A stretch of DNA of 64,000 nt from Phoronis australis (lineage: Eukaryota; Animalia; Phoronida), in contig NMRA01000559.1 in assembly GCA_002633005.1 (NCBI GenBank), forward strand, positions 212,867 through 276,866, read 5' to 3'. Under the pieces are notes generated by a model. That model saw nothing but the letters and a program-made list of their open reading frames with translations. It was not told where the DNA came from and did no database searches. The translations under genes and the position numbers were made by a program. Below, in pieces: positions 62,001 to 64,000 of the stretch (positions within the stretch are counted from its first letter, which is position 1; each line of letters starts with the position of its first letter).

Positions 62001-64000
62001 CTTGACACGTCATGTGGGGTACACGATTACTTACCTGTCACTGGTTTGCTGATCATGTTTCGAATTCTTAGGATCACTCGCTCTGCGATTGGTGTCATCT
62101 TCTACCCATTTCTGGGTCAAGTCCTGATTATCTGGTCGCTGGCCGTACTGGTTATTTTTATCATTCTCATCCTGCACCCTGGCCTTTTGCCTAAAAAGGG
62201 ACGCAAATAATAGTAAACAAATTCACTCTTGGTACTTCCAACCCAATGATGTAACTTGATACAAATCTATTAACGAATCTGTAAACAATGGTTCAAACTT
62301 GTAATTATAGATAACTCAAAACAACAGCTCTCATGAACACTATCTAGTGAACGTACTAAGACTGGAACTTTACATAAACTTCTAAAGGTTATGGAAATTA
62401 TGTAGGGGGTACACCTCTCATTAGAATGCAGGGCTTGGAATGACCAATGACAAAAAACGCGGAAACTTTGAAACTTTTACGGCCCAAATCATAACCAGCC
62501 TTGAAATGGTCAATGTGAACCTTTCCCCGACAAAAATCGGGACAAAAAAAAACGTTACCACCATCAGTAGCATGCGTCTGCGTCCTTTTAGCTCGCCCGT
62601 CCACTCCCAACCCACACATTTTTGGCTGCAGAGCGGTAGTATTTGTCGCCGCGCTTAACAATAACACGCGACACCATTGAAAATCCCACCACGTTGTCCC
62701 AGATGCCCCGGCAATGTTGACAATTTACGTTCCTCCGAAACATAAAGAGCAACTTCTGCTTTTTGAGGTGAACGTCGTCTGCAACGCCACGGTAAGAAAG
62801 GAATTTGCCGCGGAAATTTTATATCAAATCCGATTTTTTTACGCNATTTGCCGCGGAAATTTTATATCAAATCCGATTTTTTTACGCGGAAATATTATAA
62901 AAAAAGCAGAAAGCACATTTGGAAAAAGCGGAAATCCGCGTTTCCGCGTAAAATTCCAAGCCCTGAGAATGCTGCAGAGGTTCACAGGATGTGAAGACAG
63001 CAGCACTGTATGATGTATATGAAGTCATGAGCATGCTCAAATATTCTATAATATAAAACTATGAATTGCAGCTTACACCAACACTGGCACTCATTTTGAG
63101 CTTTCGGATTGATGTACGTTATAATGAGTCCATGCGGTTTCCTTTTCATTTTTCATGGTTCATGGGCAAAGAACAAAATGTCCAAATAATGTTGTAACCA
63201 CAATTATATCAACCAAGTTCACACTGTGCTGATCTGTCTGAAATTCTAGAGAACGTTTTCTGATATGCAAAATTGGTTGAATACGACAAGTGTCATTCAA
63301 CCAATTTTGCATTCTGCTGTTCATGAACCATTAATGACGCATAAGAGAGGTAGCAATAGCTTATATTAAGTCAATTGACGTGCGTTCTGTAGGACATCAG
63401 CCTAAAGATATACAACCCAACTCTTACCTCTGAACCCCTTTATACTCACACACGCACTGATGATAAGGCACTGAACTCTGACAACTCACCTCTCAATAGA
63501 ATCGCCACTAGCCTCTCTTCTAAATTCTTGATCATCAGGCGTCGGCTCTGATATCCCGGAGTCGTCTGCTGTGTTGCTGGTGTGCGTATTGCGTGCATCG
63601 TGTGACCTGTCATGTGACCTGGCCGTCAGTTGTCCCTGGTTACCACCCTGAGAGTCTAGCGGGAGAGGGGGAGGCGTAGCTGACATCGGTGACAGAACCC
63701 CATCACCAGGTGGCAGTGCTGACTTGCGTGCATTTTCTCTGGTTGGTAGCTTAGATGTTATGTGCGTAATTGGGGTTTTTGGATGAGACTGAGGCGGAGA
63801 AGTTTTGACAGAATTTTGACTGACTGAATTGTCCGGACCCTTTTCCAATGGTTCCTCGGAACCCAAAGGTTTGGGGTGACTCGGAGGAAGTGTGGATTGA
63901 TCAACAGTCGGAGAGGGAGTGCGTTCGCCAGGACTCTGGGAATCGGGCAAGGCAAGAATTTCATCTTGTGAAGGAGTTGACGGAACAAGACGGGGCGGTG
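55918..64000 (-). CDS. SPATA1: SPATA1-like (spermatogenesis-associated protein 1) gene, 3' part: eight coding exons; 5' end lies outside the window
   Basis: Minus-strand exons 63490-64000, 62035-62190, 60575-60680, 59556-59652, 58468-58593, 57542-57717, 57128-57226, 55918-56070 join in frame. The C-terminal coiled coil ARDMWKKKYFDEKKKT...LKRKVETAKVKLTAEMKLRNQAETELRALRAELSQKK resembles the SPATA1 C-terminus as I recall it. Confidence 0.82.
57128..57226 (-). CDS. SPATA1: SPATA1-like exon (NNYKIQATKLIHDNDELKRKVETAKVKLTAEMK)
   Basis: cag acceptor, gtaacg donor, 99 nt. Confidence 0.88.
57542..57717 (-). CDS. SPATA1: SPATA1-like exon (ARDMWKKKYFDEKKKT...NPSIK)
   Basis: cag acceptor, gtgacc donor, WKKKYF motif. 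Confidence 0.88.
58468..58593 (-). CDS. SPATA1: SPATA1-like exon (RDKLLEEIEQARQERNEAERKREELVRRAKAMQTKTNNRRSQ)
   Basis: tag acceptor, gtgagg donor, coiled-coil composition, phase 1-1. Confidence 0.87.
59556..59652 (-). CDS. SPATA1: SPATA1-like exon (DGSGGGDEFPSPPLLDLESGDSEAVNQARLEE)
   Basis: cag acceptor, gtaggt donor, 97 nt, phase 0-1. Confidence 0.8.
60575..60680 (-). CDS. SPATA1: SPATA1-like exon (STQGVSHRDPEAWQENGQPD...NHVQE)
   Basis: cag acceptor, gtaggt donor, 106 nt, phase 2-0. Confidence 0.75.
62035..62190 (-). CDS. SPATA1: SPATA1-like exon (QKARVQDENDKNNQYGQRPD...QQTSD)
   Basis: tag acceptor, gtaagt donor, 156 nt, phase 2-2. Confidence 0.8.
62429..62965. mobile_element. hAT-like MITE with 6-bp TSD (copy 2, inverted), in a SPATA1 intron
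   Basis: Same TIR; flanked by agaatg / agaatg. Confidence 0.88.
63490..64000 (-). CDS. SPATA1: SPATA1-like large Pro/Ser/Thr-rich exon (open to the window edge)
   Basis: Open frame PPRLVPSTPSQDEILALPDSQSPGERTPSP...SGDSIER; gtgagt donor. Confidence 0.85.

Noticed and set aside
1-64000. tRNA, rRNA or autonomous transposase/reverse transcriptase genes
   Set aside because: None recognised by eye; degenerate copies could be missed without tRNAscan-SE, Infernal or RepeatMasker.

Overview
AT-rich, repeat-rich eukaryotic DNA from an animal, most likely an invertebrate bilaterian (species not identifiable here), with two N-gaps and two single-N joins. Three protein-coding genes can be read. (1) An intronless syntaxin-1-like Qa-SNARE (+, 9803-10642) that stops before a transmembrane anchor, yet has an in-frame hydrophobic tail just after its stop codon. 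(2) The last ten coding exons of succinyl-CoA:3-ketoacid CoA transferase OXCT1/SCOT (+, 34985-52628), including a U12-type intron. Its upstream exons were not found, so the syntaxin is probably nested in a very long OXCT1 intron. (3) The last eight coding exons of a SPATA1-like coiled-coil gene (-, 55918 to beyond 64000), convergent with OXCT1. The remainder holds non-autonomous DNA transposons, Helentron-associated elements with CTCF-like motifs, an inside-out split element with a HIRAN-like pseudogene, a decayed hammerhead, minisatellites and degenerate tandem copies of exon sequence. All calls are from manual reading and family recall; no database search was run.
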